From: Parasynechococcus marenigrum WH 8102
Lineage (GTDB): Bacteria > Cyanobacteriota > Cyanobacteriia > PCC-6307 > Cyanobiaceae
Assembly (NCBI RefSeq): GCF_000195975.1
Contig: NC_005070.1
Span: forward strand, 540,001-572,000
Direction of reading: 5' to 3'
DNA length: 32,000 nt
The position numbers were made by a program, and so were the translations under genes. Below the pieces are notes generated by a model. That model was given only the letters and a program-made list of their open reading frames with translations, did no database searches and was not told the DNA's origin. Shown here piece by piece: positions 10,961 through 18,536 of the stretch. The first letter of the stretch is position 1; every line of letters begins with the position of its first letter.

Positions 10961-11598
10961 GACGACTGCTGCTGGCCTTGCTGATCGGGATGCTGACACT
11001 CCCGTCAGCCGTGATGGCCGACACGGAGACGGCGGTGTTCGCCGGTGGTTGCTTCTGGTGTCTTGAGCACGATCTGGAGGATCATCCTGGGGTGCTGGAG
11101 GCCACCAGCGGTTACAGCGGCGGCCATGTGGACAACCCCACTTACCGTCAGGTGAGCGCCGAAACCACCGGCCATCAGGAGGTGGTGGAGGTGCGGTTCG
11201 ATCCGACCGAAATCACTTACGGCACGTTGCTGCGCAGTTACTGGCGCAATGTGGACCCCCTTGATGGGGGCGGCCAGTTCTGCGACCGCGGTGACTCCTA
11301 CCGGCCGGTGATCTTCACAGCCGATGCAGCTCAAGCCCGTGAAGCTGAAGCGAGTGCCCAGGCCGCTGCCCGCGAGCTGGGTCAGCCCCGTTCGGCGTTG
11401 AAGGTGGAGCTTCGGGATGCAGCTCGCTTCTGGCGGGCGGAGGACTACCACCAAAACTACGCTGAGCTCAATGAGCTCAAATACAACTTCTACCGCTTCA
11501 GTTGTGGCCGTGACCGGCGCCTGGATGCGGTGTGGGGTGCATCAGCACGCAGCGGTGATGCATGGTCGGACGCATCACAAAGCGATCGAAACCCTTAA
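10957..11598 (+). CDS. msrA: Peptide-methionine (S)-S-oxide reductase with an N-terminal signal peptide
   Basis: The active-site motif [12 protein letters not shown] is preceded by the hydrophobic leader [21 protein letters not shown]. The start overlaps the lpxB stop (ATGA). Confidence 0.88.
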   Translation: MRRLLLALLIGMLTLPSAVMADTETAVFAGGCFWCLEHDLEDHPGVLEATSGYSGGHVDNPTYRQVSAETTGHQEVVEVRFDPTEITYGTLLRSYWRNVDPLDGGGQFCDRGDSYRPVIFTADAAQAREAEASAQAAARELGQPRSALKVELRDAARFWRAEDYHQNYAELNELKYNFYRFSCGRDRRLDAVWGASARSGDAWSDASQSDRNP

Positions 11599-11739
11599 TA
11601 AATCAATAATCAACCTATGGAAAAGATTAAGCGGGGGAGATGGCTGAAATCACTCAGTTCTCAGTGAACAGACAGCTTCCCGCCTATCGACCACCATTGA
11701 GGATACGCTTACGATCATGGTCGTGATGGAGGGAAATGT

Positions 11740-11931
11740 ATGTATTTGCTGACCATTAAGGATGGTCTCGGAACCCGTCATATCGGTCCATATCCATCCC
11801 CGAAGCATGCTTCGGATGATCTTGATCGGGTGCTGGAAACGTGCTCTGAGCGAGCCCGTTGGCAGATCCACGCCTTGGAGACACCGGAGCGGCATGGCTC
11901 CACACGATTCCACGCCGTCGCAGCGTCCTGA
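11740..11931 (+). CDS. Hypothetical small protein (63 aa)
   Basis: The ATG is preceded by GGAGGG (11728-11733) with a 6-nt spacing. The ORF follows an AT-rich intergenic patch. Its third-position GC is visibly lower than in neighbouring genes. No family recognised. Confidence 0.4.
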   Translation: MYLLTIKDGLGTRHIGPYPSPKHASDDLDRVLETCSERARWQIHALETPERHGSTRFHAVAAS

Positions 11932-12174
11932 TCAAGCCCGGGGGCCGCGACCTGGAAATCCCTTTGTCAGGCCGCTGTCGATCATGAGTCCGATTCCAGC
12001 ATTGATGCAGATCAGGCTGAGAGTGCCGGTCCAGAACCACTCGCCGGCCTGGCCGCCCATCAGCTGAACCACCCGGCGGCTCACCGCCTCGCCGAACAGG
12101 CAAAGACCAACCGGCAGCAGCAAGACCCCTCCCTGAGCCTTCAGATACCAGCGCCAGGCTGATGTGGGTTTCAT
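11932..12174 (-). CDS. Hypothetical small membrane protein (80 aa, about 2 TM)
   Basis: Host-like GC3. The start overlaps the pepA stop (ATGA at 12171-12174). Two hydrophobic stretches are present (GGVLLLPVGLCLFG, GTLSLICINAGIGLMI). Confidence 0.55.
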   Translation of the reverse strand: MKPTSAWRWYLKAQGGVLLLPVGLCLFGEAVSRRVVQLMGGQAGEWFWTGTLSLICINAGIGLMIDSGLTKGFPGRGPRA

Positions 12175-13634
12175 TCCGGGTTGCAGATCCAGTTGGCCAG
12201 GGTGCGGACGCCGTAACCGGTGGCACCGGCGGGGTCGAGTCCACGGCCCTTGTCACTCCAGACGGTGCCGGCGATGTCGATGTGAGCCCAGGCGATGCCG
12301 TCGCCAACGAAGTGCTCGAGGAACAGTGCTGCTGTGATCGAGCCACCCGGCCTGGGGCCGGTGTTCTTGAAATCGGCCAGCTTGGATTTCAAACCCTCCT
12401 TGTAGGAGGCGCGCAATGGCATCCGCCAGAGCCCTTCACCACCGGCATCCGCCGCCTGCTGAAGCGCCGTGGCCAGGCCATCGTTGTTGCTCCACAAGCC
12501 TGCCATCTCATCGCCGAGGGCGATGACGCAGGCGCCGGTGAGGGTGGCCAGGTCAACGACGGCGTCGGGCTTCTGCTCAGAGGCGTAGAGCAGGGCATCG
12601 GCCAGGGTCAGACGGCCTTCGGCATCGGTGTTGTTAATTTCGATCGTGGTGCCGTCGGCGGCGGTGACGATGTCACCGGGATGCACGGCGGAGCCGTTGA
12701 TCATGTTTTCGCAGGAGGCCACGATCATGTGCACCTCCACCCCTGCCGGCTTGCGTTCGGCGATGGAGCGCATGGCCCCCAGCACCGCTGCGCTGCCGCC
12801 CATGTCGAACTTCATCATGTCGATCTGGGCGGCCCCCACCTTGAGGTTGTAACCGCCGGAATCGAAGGTGAGGCCTTTGCCCACCAAGGCCACCCGACGC
12901 TTCACCTCACCGTCGGGGCGGTAGATCAGGTGAATCAGTTTGGGGTCGAGATCGGAGCCCTGGCTGACGCAGAGAAACGCCCCCATGCCGCGGGCTTCAC
13001 AATCGGCCCGTTCCAGAACGGTGAGCTCCAGGCCGTGGTTGCGGGCGAGCTCGGCGGCGGTCTCCGCCAGGGCAGCGGGAGTCACCACATTTGGAGGAGC
13101 GGCCACCAGTTCACGGGCCAGCTCCACACCGGCGCAGGTGGCATCCACGGTCTGGAGGCCGGCAGCGGCCGTGGCGGGCAGTCCGATCAGCTCCAGGGCC
13201 TCCGGTTGACGCCGTGGTTCCGGTGCCTTGCGGAAGCGCTGGTCGGCGTAAAGAGCCAGGCGCGCAGCTTCAGCCGCCGCTGCGGCTGCTGCTGTGGGTT
13301 CCAGGCCATCCCAGCTGAGCTGCAGCCCCAGGCTGCCGGTGTGACCGCTGGCTGCCTTGGCGGCCCTGGCGGCGGCGCTGCGCACCCCATCGAGGTTGAA
13401 GGCATTGGCAGGCCCCAGCCCCAGAACCACCAGCCGTTGGGGGCCGTTGTTGCCAAGGCGGTTGATCAGCAGCTGCTCCGACGGCTTTCCCTTGAATTGC
13501 TGCTGCGCGAGGGCGGCCCCCAGACCGGGGAAGCGCGCCTCGAGATCGGTGGCGGGCTGATCCTGCAGCAGTCCCACCACCAACACATCACCGTTCCAGT
13601 CCTGAAGACCGGTGGTGGAGAGAGAGAAGCGCAT
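12171..13634 (-). CDS. pepA: Leucyl aminopeptidase (M17 family)
   Basis: VGKGLTFDSGGYNLK...MKFDMGGSAAV...NTDAEGRLTLADAL... are canonical M17 metal- and substrate-binding motifs. Confidence 0.92.
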   Translation of the reverse strand: MRFSLSTTGLQDWNGDVLVVGLLQDQPATDLEARFPGLGAALAQQQFKGKPSEQLLINRLGNNGPQRLVVLGLGPANAFNLDGVRSAAARAAKAASGHTGSLGLQLSWDGLEPTAAAAAAAEAARLALYADQRFRKAPEPRRQPEALELIGLPATAAAGLQTVDATCAGVELARELVAAPPNVVTPAALAETAAELARNHGLELTVLERADCEARGMGAFLCVSQGSDLDPKLIHLIYRPDGEVKRRVALVGKGLTFDSGGYNLKVGAAQIDMMKFDMGGSAAVLGAMRSIAERKPAGVEVHMIVASCENMINGSAVHPGDIVTAADGTTIEINNTDAEGRLTLADALLYASEQKPDAVVDLATLTGACVIALGDEMAGLWSNNDGLATALQQAADAGGEGLWRMPLRASYKEGLKSKLADFKNTGPRPGGSITAALFLEHFVGDGIAWAHIDIAGTVWSDKGRGLDPAGATGYGVRTLANWICNPE

Positions 13635-13702
13635 GGCCCGGCGCGTCGCAAACGCTGAGCGTAGCGATGCTGCTAAGAGAAGGTGCTAACTGCGACCTCG
13701 TG

Positions 13703-13792
13703 ATGTTCTCCAACGTGGCCCTGCTGGCCGTGGCGGCGCTGATCGGGGTCAGCCCGCTGGTGTGGGTCATCCTTCACTTCAAAGGCGGCTAA
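13703..13792 (+). CDS. Candidate 29-aa single-TM micro-protein (MFSNVALLAVAALIGVSPLVWVILHFKGG)
   Basis: It is below the ORF-track length cut-off. 27 of 29 sense codons end in G/C, as in host genes. It has one hydrophobic helix with a basic/Gly tail, the layout of one-helix photosynthetic-complex subunits. It lies in the otherwise empty 203-bp gap after pepA. Confidence 0.4.
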   Translation: MFSNVALLAVAALIGVSPLVWVILHFKGG

Positions 13793-13837
13793 GTGCGTCT
13801 GGTAGCGCGCTTGAGATCAGGACTGGTCGGGCATGCA

Positions 13838-14410
13838 TCACAGATCAGCGGTGAAGGGAGTGGCCCAGCGCTGCCGCGTTTCCTTATTAAACGGCGGCAG
13901 CCAGTGCTGGATCAGCACCTGCTCCAGTCCGCGCCGTGCCTTGGTGGTTCGGGGCACATCGCTGCAGAAGCGGATGCTCAGTTGGTGGGCCATACCGCAG
14001 CGCTGCAGGGCTTCGCCGTAGGCCGCCAGGTAGGCCTTGCAGTCGTGTTCACCTTTCCAGCGGCGATCGGCCGCCATGGTTTCGCCCACGTAGAGCAGCA
14101 GCGGCTGCTCGAGATCCGCCGGTCGATCCAGCACCAGATAGATGGCAGCTCCGGCATGGGGACTGTCGGGCCAGCGCCAGAAGCTGAGCGGCAGTGGCGT
14201 GAGGGCCAGGGGGTTGATGGTGGACACCGCATCGCTGCCGCTGGCCCCGAACAGGTTGGTCTGATTTGTGCTCTGCGGCGCGCCGCGAAACAGCGGGGCT
14301 TGATGGTGATGCAACCGCTGCTGCCAGGCCCGCAACTGATCGGCATCCAACGTCAGCTCCGCTGGCGGTGATGCGGCCAGTCCGGCGGTGGCGAACAGAT
14401 CCCCCTGCAT
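13838..14410 (-). CDS. GIY-YIG nuclease-domain-like protein (C-terminal half), N-terminal region unknown
   Basis: AIYLVLD-(11 aa)-LLYVGET-(4 aa)-RRWKGEH ... GLEQVLIQHWLPPFNKE reproduces the GIY / YIG / Arg / Glu / Asn spacing of GIY-YIG domains. The start overlaps the upstream stop by 1 nt. Confidence 0.6.
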   Translation of the reverse strand: MQGDLFATAGLAASPPAELTLDADQLRAWQQRLHHHQAPLFRGAPQSTNQTNLFGASGSDAVSTINPLALTPLPLSFWRWPDSPHAGAAIYLVLDRPADLEQPLLLYVGETMAADRRWKGEHDCKAYLAAYGEALQRCGMAHQLSIRFCSDVPRTTKARRGLEQVLIQHWLPPFNKETRQRWATPFTADL

Positions 14411-14964
14411 CAGTTCAGGGGCAGGGACGGACCGGCCCGCTTGGCTTCGAAGCAGACCCGACCGATCAAGGCTTCGATGGCACTGGCGGGCAGGCAGAGC
14501 CGTTCCTGCAGATCGGCGAGATCGCGGAAGCCGCCACGGCGTCGCTCCCGCAGCAGGCCTTGCAGGCGTTGTTCAGGCCAGTACAGCTGTTCTAGCTCGT
14601 CGGCGCTGGCGTTGTTGAGGTCCAATGGAGCGGCCGCCGGTTGCGGCGGGGCATCACCATGCCAGTGCACGATCAGATGTGGCTCCCAGCTGCGGCGCTG
14701 CTGCTCGGGGAGCTCCAGCAGCCGAAACAGCTCCTCAACCGAACTGAACTGCACACCACCTTGCTGTAGGCGCAGCAGCAGATCTGCGGTGTCGTCGCTG
14801 CAGCCCGGCAATTGCAACCACTGCTCACGGCTGGCGCGGTTCACCTCCATCGTCCAGGCCGGTGGGGCTGGTGGGGGAGAAGTCGCTGCAGGCGATGTCG
14901 GCAACTGACCTGCGGCCTGCAGCACCCGTCGGGCCAGGGGGTCCAACCAGTGACGGCGCGGCAT
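14410..14964 (-). CDS. Protein with two ComEA-type helix-hairpin-helix DNA-binding repeats
   Basis: There are two repeats of the ComEA-like pattern. The first is VNRASREQWLQLPGCSDDTADLLLRLQQGGVQFSSVEELFRL. The second is LDLNNASADELEQLYWPEQRLQGLLRERRRGGFRDLADLQERL. Both start and stop overlap the neighbouring genes. Confidence 0.6.
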   Translation of the reverse strand: MPRRHWLDPLARRVLQAAGQLPTSPAATSPPPAPPAWTMEVNRASREQWLQLPGCSDDTADLLLRLQQGGVQFSSVEELFRLLELPEQQRRSWEPHLIVHWHGDAPPQPAAAPLDLNNASADELEQLYWPEQRLQGLLRERRRGGFRDLADLQERLCLPASAIEALIGRVCFEAKRAGPSLPLN

Positions 14965-15359
14965 CAGGCAGGGCAGGTCGCAAAGCGTGGGCTGACCCTA
15001 CCCAGCACGGCGGGGTGCGTCACTGCTGCAGCTGCTTCACCAATGCGGCACAGCCCCCCCTGATCGGCGATGTAGGCGTTCATCAGATCGCTGAACTCGG
15101 GCCTGGAGGTCACTGCATCGCGGGCGCTGTCGCTGATGCCGTCGCTGGCGATGAAGGCTTTGGCCATCGCCAGGGCCTCATCCACCGCCATGGTTTTTGT
15201 CTCGATCAGGCAATGGGCATTGCCCTGGGCCACGGCGACGCTGATGGTGGTGTCATCGAGTTCAGCGATGGCCGGGCTGGCTAGCAGGCCATTCAGGGAC
15301 AAGGCGCTGATCAGGAGGCGCTTGAACTTGAAACCCTGTCGAGGATGAGAGGGGGTCAT
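14964..15359 (-). CDS. Hypothetical secreted protein (131 aa)
   Basis: Signal-peptide-like N-terminus (KFKRLLISALSLNGLLASPAIA/ELDD) and 3 Cys. The start overlaps the LuxR-gene stop (ATGA) and the stop overlaps the next start (TGATG). Confidence 0.55.
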   Translation of the reverse strand: MTPSHPRQGFKFKRLLISALSLNGLLASPAIAELDDTTISVAVAQGNAHCLIETKTMAVDEALAMAKAFIASDGISDSARDAVTSRPEFSDLMNAYIADQGGLCRIGEAAAAVTHPAVLGRVSPRFATCPA

Positions 15360-16087
15360 GGGGTCCAGCGGGGCAGACGGGCCGGCAGGTCCACCAGATC
15401 ATTGCGAAAGGCGATCAGCATCGCTTGGCTGCGGTCGCGGGCGTCGAGCTTGCTGAGCACGGCGGTGACGCTGTGCTTCACCGTTTCAATCGACAGGTTG
15501 AGCTGGTCGGCGATCTCCTGGTTGCTGAGGCCGCGGCAGATGCCGCGCAGAACGTCCTCCTCCCGCACGGTCAGCTCAGGGTTGAGGGATGTGCTGGTGT
15601 GGCCGCGGCTGAGACGGCTGTGTCGCAGCACGCCGGCGATCACCGGGTCGATGTAAAGGGCGTCGCTGTCGATGGCCTGGATGGCCTTCAGCAGATGGCC
15701 GTTGCCCACCAGTTCACGGCTGCAAAGCCCCTGGCAGCCGGCGGCGGTGGCGGCCTCGATGGTGCTGCGCAGCGGCCGTTGGATCAGCATCAGGCAGATC
15801 AGCTCCGGCCGGAGAGCGCGGGCGTGTTGCACCAGGGAGGGACCATCGCCGCTCTCCAGTAGATCGGTGCAGATCAACAGATCCGCCGCGCTGCGCTCCA
15901 GGCAGGTGAGGGTGTCGGCTTCGCTGGTGCAGGCGCCCAGCAATGGCCCGATGCCGTCGAACAGGCCCACCAGGCTGGTGATCAGCACCCGGTCGGCGCT
16001 GGCGATCACGATGCGGCGGCGCTTCAACTCGGAACGGCTGCGCCGGAGCGTCTCACGCATGGCCGGAAGCTGGGAAGTGAGATTCAA
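15356..16087 (-). CDS. NarL/FixJ (LuxR-type HTH) response-regulator-like protein with an atypical receiver domain
   Basis: The C-terminal GerE-type HTH is LTVREEDVLRGICRGLSNQEIADQLNLSIETVKHSVTAVLSKL. The receiver-like N-terminus keeps the central Asp (LLICTDLL). By eye alignment to NarL, the DD pair is replaced by SA (IVIASAD), the T/S position by M, and the conserved K by R. Confidence 0.75.
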   Translation of the reverse strand: MNLTSQLPAMRETLRRSRSELKRRRIVIASADRVLITSLVGLFDGIGPLLGACTSEADTLTCLERSAADLLICTDLLESGDGPSLVQHARALRPELICLMLIQRPLRSTIEAATAAGCQGLCSRELVGNGHLLKAIQAIDSDALYIDPVIAGVLRHSRLSRGHTSTSLNPELTVREEDVLRGICRGLSNQEIADQLNLSIETVKHSVTAVLSKLDARDRSQAMLIAFRNDLVDLPARLPRWTP

Positions 16088-16196
16088 CGCAGGCGCTGGA
16101 GGGGGTTACCGGCATGGTGCCCATGGCGTAAAACCGCACTGCCATCGACCACGGGAAGTCTGCAGAATTCTCGGCAATAGGACGACATTCGATCGG

Positions 16197-16526
16197 ATGG
16201 CATTTTTCGAATCCGACATCGTTCAGGACGAAGCCAAGCGTCTGTTCGGTGATTACCAGCAACTGATGCAGCTGGGCAGTGAGTACGGCAAGTTCGACCG
16301 GGAGGGTAAGAAGAAGTTCATCGAGACGATGGAGGAGCTGATGGGCCGCTACCGGGTGTTCATGAAGCGTTTTGAGCTCTCTGAAGACTTCCAGGCCAAG
16401 CTCACGGTGGAGCAACTGCGCACCCAGCTCAGCCAGTTCGGCATCACGCCTGAGCAGATGTTCGAGCAGATGAACGCCACCCTGGAGCGGATGAAGGCCC
16501 AGATCGAGCTGCCCCCTTCCAGCTGA
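16197..16526 (+). CDS. Conserved cyanobacterial/plastid-lineage small protein (recalled as DUF1825-like)
   Basis: The start is the internal ATG at 16197 (MAFFESDIVQDEAKRLFGDYQQL...). The upstream part of the 284-aa ORF-track entry is antisense to the LuxR gene and is not credible. Confidence 0.7.
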   Translation: MAFFESDIVQDEAKRLFGDYQQLMQLGSEYGKFDREGKKKFIETMEELMGRYRVFMKRFELSEDFQAKLTVEQLRTQLSQFGITPEQMFEQMNATLERMKAQIELPPSS

Positions 16527-16582
16527 AACAGCCCAGCTCCTGAGTCACCCGTACGATCGCCAGCGCCCGCCCTCAGCGCCCC

Positions 16583-17830
16583 ATGCCGGAGTCCACACCG
16601 TCCCTGCCGGATTGGCTGTCTCGGGGCATGGCCGATCTGTTCCCGGCCGGTGATCCAACCGATGCGGATCAGGCCCTGGCGGCACGGTTGGCGCAGGCGG
16701 AAAAGGAGGGCCGGCCGCTGCGGGTGAAATTGGGCATCGACCCCACCGGCAGCAACATTCATCTGGGCCACAGCATCCTGTTCCGCAAGCTGCGGGCCTT
16801 TCAGGATGCGGGCCACACGGCGGTGCTGATCATTGGCGATTTCACCGCGCGGATCGGCGACCCCACCGGCAAGTGCGCCACGCGGGTGCAGTTGAGCAAG
16901 GAAGACGTGGCCGCCAATGCCTCCACCTACCTGCGCCAGCTGGGCCAGGACCAGCCCAAGGAGACGGCGCTGCTGGATTTCGAAACCCCCGGCCGGCTGG
17001 AGGTGCGATACAACTCCGAATGGCTGGAGGGGATGGACCTGCCCGCGGTGATCGGCCTGCTCGGCACCGGCACGGTGGGGCAGATGCTGGCCAAGGACGA
17101 CTTCTCCAAGCGCTACGGCAGCGGCACGCCGATTGCCCTGCATGAATTCCTCTACCCATTGCTGCAGGGGTACGACTCGGTGGCGGTGAACGCTGATGTG
17201 GAGCTGGGCGGCACCGATCAGAAGTTCAACGTGGCGATGGGGCGCGATTTGCAGCGTCACTTCAACAAGGGCACCCAGTTCGGCCTGCTGCTGCCGATCC
17301 TGGTGGGTCTGGATGGGGTGCAGAAGATGAGCAAGAGCCTCGGCAATGTGGTGGGGCTTGAGGAGGACCCGCTGTCGATGTACTCCAAGCTGGAGAAGGT
17401 CGGCGATGGGGCGATCAACGACTACGTGACGTTGCTGACCGACCTGGATCTGGCGACTTTGCCGGAGAATCCGCGCGAGAAGCAGAAGGCGATGGCCTTG
17501 GCGGTGACCGCCAGCCGCCATGGGATGGAGGCAGCGCAGAAGGCGCAGCTGGATGCGGCGTCGTTGGTGGGCGGTGCCGGAGATGCGGCGACGGAGGTGC
17601 CGGGGGCGTCGCTGGCGGAGGTGAACTTCCCTGCAAAGGCCTTTTATCTGTTGAGTGCCGTGGGCATCTGCGCCAGCAGCAGCGAGGCGCGGCGTCAGAT
17701 CAAGGGCGGTGCCGTGCGCCTGGAGGGGGAGAAGATCGGCGACCCCAACCAGGAGTTCGCCTCGGCGGCGGAACTGGAGGGCAAGGTGCTGCAGCTGGGC
17801 AAAAAAACCTTCCGTCGGCTCACCGCTTGA
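16583..17830 (+). CDS. tyrS: Tyrosyl-tRNA synthetase
   Basis: HIGH-type motif (NIHLGHS), KMSKS motif, and a C-terminal S4 domain ([21 protein letters not shown]). Confidence 0.92.
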   Translation: MPESTPSLPDWLSRGMADLFPAGDPTDADQALAARLAQAEKEGRPLRVKLGIDPTGSNIHLGHSILFRKLRAFQDAGHTAVLIIGDFTARIGDPTGKCATRVQLSKEDVAANASTYLRQLGQDQPKETALLDFETPGRLEVRYNSEWLEGMDLPAVIGLLGTGTVGQMLAKDDFSKRYGSGTPIALHEFLYPLLQGYDSVAVNADVELGGTDQKFNVAMGRDLQRHFNKGTQFGLLLPILVGLDGVQKMSKSLGNVVGLEEDPLSMYSKLEKVGDGAINDYVTLLTDLDLATLPENPREKQKAMALAVTASRHGMEAAQKAQLDAASLVGGAGDAATEVPGASLAEVNFPAKAFYLLSAVGICASSSEARRQIKGGAVRLEGEKIGDPNQEFASAAELEGKVLQLGKKTFRRLTA

Positions 17831-18230
17831 TCACCTGCACCATCGCCCCGTAGCGGCTCAGGGTCTGATCACAACTCAGCAGCTCGATCTGCTCGTGCTG
17901 AGCCTGAGCGATCAGCAACCGATCAAAGGGATCCTTGTGATGCCAGGGCAGGTTCTGAACCGCCAGGCAGTGATCCGTTTGGATGGGTAACTCGTCGAAT
18001 CCTTGCCGTTGGAGCTGATGGCGTAATTCAGCGGCATCGAAGCGAAAGTCGGGCCGGTTGAGCGAGCGTTTGATCGCCACTTCCCAGAGGCTGACAACAC
18101 TGACGACAAAGCGTTGTTGCCTGTCTTCCAGGTCAGGAATCAGCGCTGATGGCAGGTGTTCCGGCGCAAAGGCCATCCAGATCAGCAGCTGGGTGTCGAG
18201 CAAACGCGGCGGTGCTGGGCGGCTGACCAT
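17820..18230 (-). CDS. vapC: PIN-domain ribonuclease toxin (VapC family)
   Basis: 136 aa with the four acidic PIN positions visible (LLDTQ, SLWEV, DPFDRLL, SCDQT). The start overlaps the antitoxin stop by 1 nt. The 3' end overlaps the tyrS 3' end by 11 nt (convergent). Confidence 0.8.
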   Translation of the reverse strand: MVSRPAPPRLLDTQLLIWMAFAPEHLPSALIPDLEDRQQRFVVSVVSLWEVAIKRSLNRPDFRFDAAELRHQLQRQGFDELPIQTDHCLAVQNLPWHHKDPFDRLLIAQAQHEQIELLSCDQTLSRYGAMVQVIKR

Positions 18231-18457
18231 CAGCTGAACATGGCGTTGATGTCGTCGATGAAGTCGCCTTTCACATCAGCGGTGGCGATGCCTTGGTTGC
18301 GCATGAACCCCAGCTGACGACGACGCGGCGTGGAGTCCACAGGCACCAGTTTCACGAGAGGTTTGCCGGCACGAGCAATGACGACTTCATCGCCATCGAG
18401 AGCCTGCTCGACGTAACGGGAGAGGTTGGTCTTGGCGTCGTGGAGATTCACCTGCAT
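18230..18457 (-). CDS. Phd/YefM-type antitoxin partner of VapC
   Basis: 75 aa. MQVNLHDAKTNLSRYVEQALDGDEVVIARAGKPLVKLVPV... is the classic Phd-family N-terminus. Confidence 0.8.
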   Translation of the reverse strand: MQVNLHDAKTNLSRYVEQALDGDEVVIARAGKPLVKLVPVDSTPRRRQLGFMRNQGIATADVKGDFIDDINAMFS

Positions 18458-18464
18458 GCAGGCA

Positions 18465-18488
18465 ACTTAGCCGGTTTGTTGGCTAAGT
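18465..18488. promoter_or_regulatory. Perfect inverted repeat ACTTAGCC-N8-GGCTAAGT, candidate operator or 5'-UTR hairpin of the phd-vapC module
   Basis: Read directly from the sequence. The arms are 18465-18472 and 18481-18488, beginning 8 nt upstream of the antitoxin start (18457, minus strand) and about 50 nt upstream of pyrF. Confidence 0.4.
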
Positions 18489-18536
18489 CATCCAGATGCC
18501 GGCGCGACAGGATGGACTCCGGATCAACCGCTTGCT

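Noticed and set aside
12162-13658. 498-aa plus-strand ORF
   Set aside because: It is entirely antisense to the well-supported pepA gene. Its translation is Gly/Ala/Arg-rich with no recognisable motifs. Long antisense ORFs are expected at this GC content.
13588-13770. 60-aa minus-strand ORF overlapping the pepA start
   Set aside because: It overlaps the pepA 5' end and has a Ser/Thr/Leu-rich translation without features. The plus-strand 29-codon ORF explains the coding-like GC3 pattern better.
13871-13900. Hairpin CTGCCGC-N16-GCGGCAG with an AT-rich loop
   Set aside because: It lies inside the conserved C-terminal codons (…LPPFNKETRQRW…) of the GIY-YIG-like gene and has no T-tract. It is most simply a coincidence of coding sequence.
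15672-16196. N-terminal 175 aa of the 284-aa ORF 15672-16526
   Set aside because: It is antisense to the LuxR-type regulator gene. The conserved small protein starts at the internal ATG at 16197.
16349-17521. 390-aa minus-strand ORF
   Set aside because: It is antisense to tyrS, low-complexity (H/Q/R/G-rich), and has no family resemblance.
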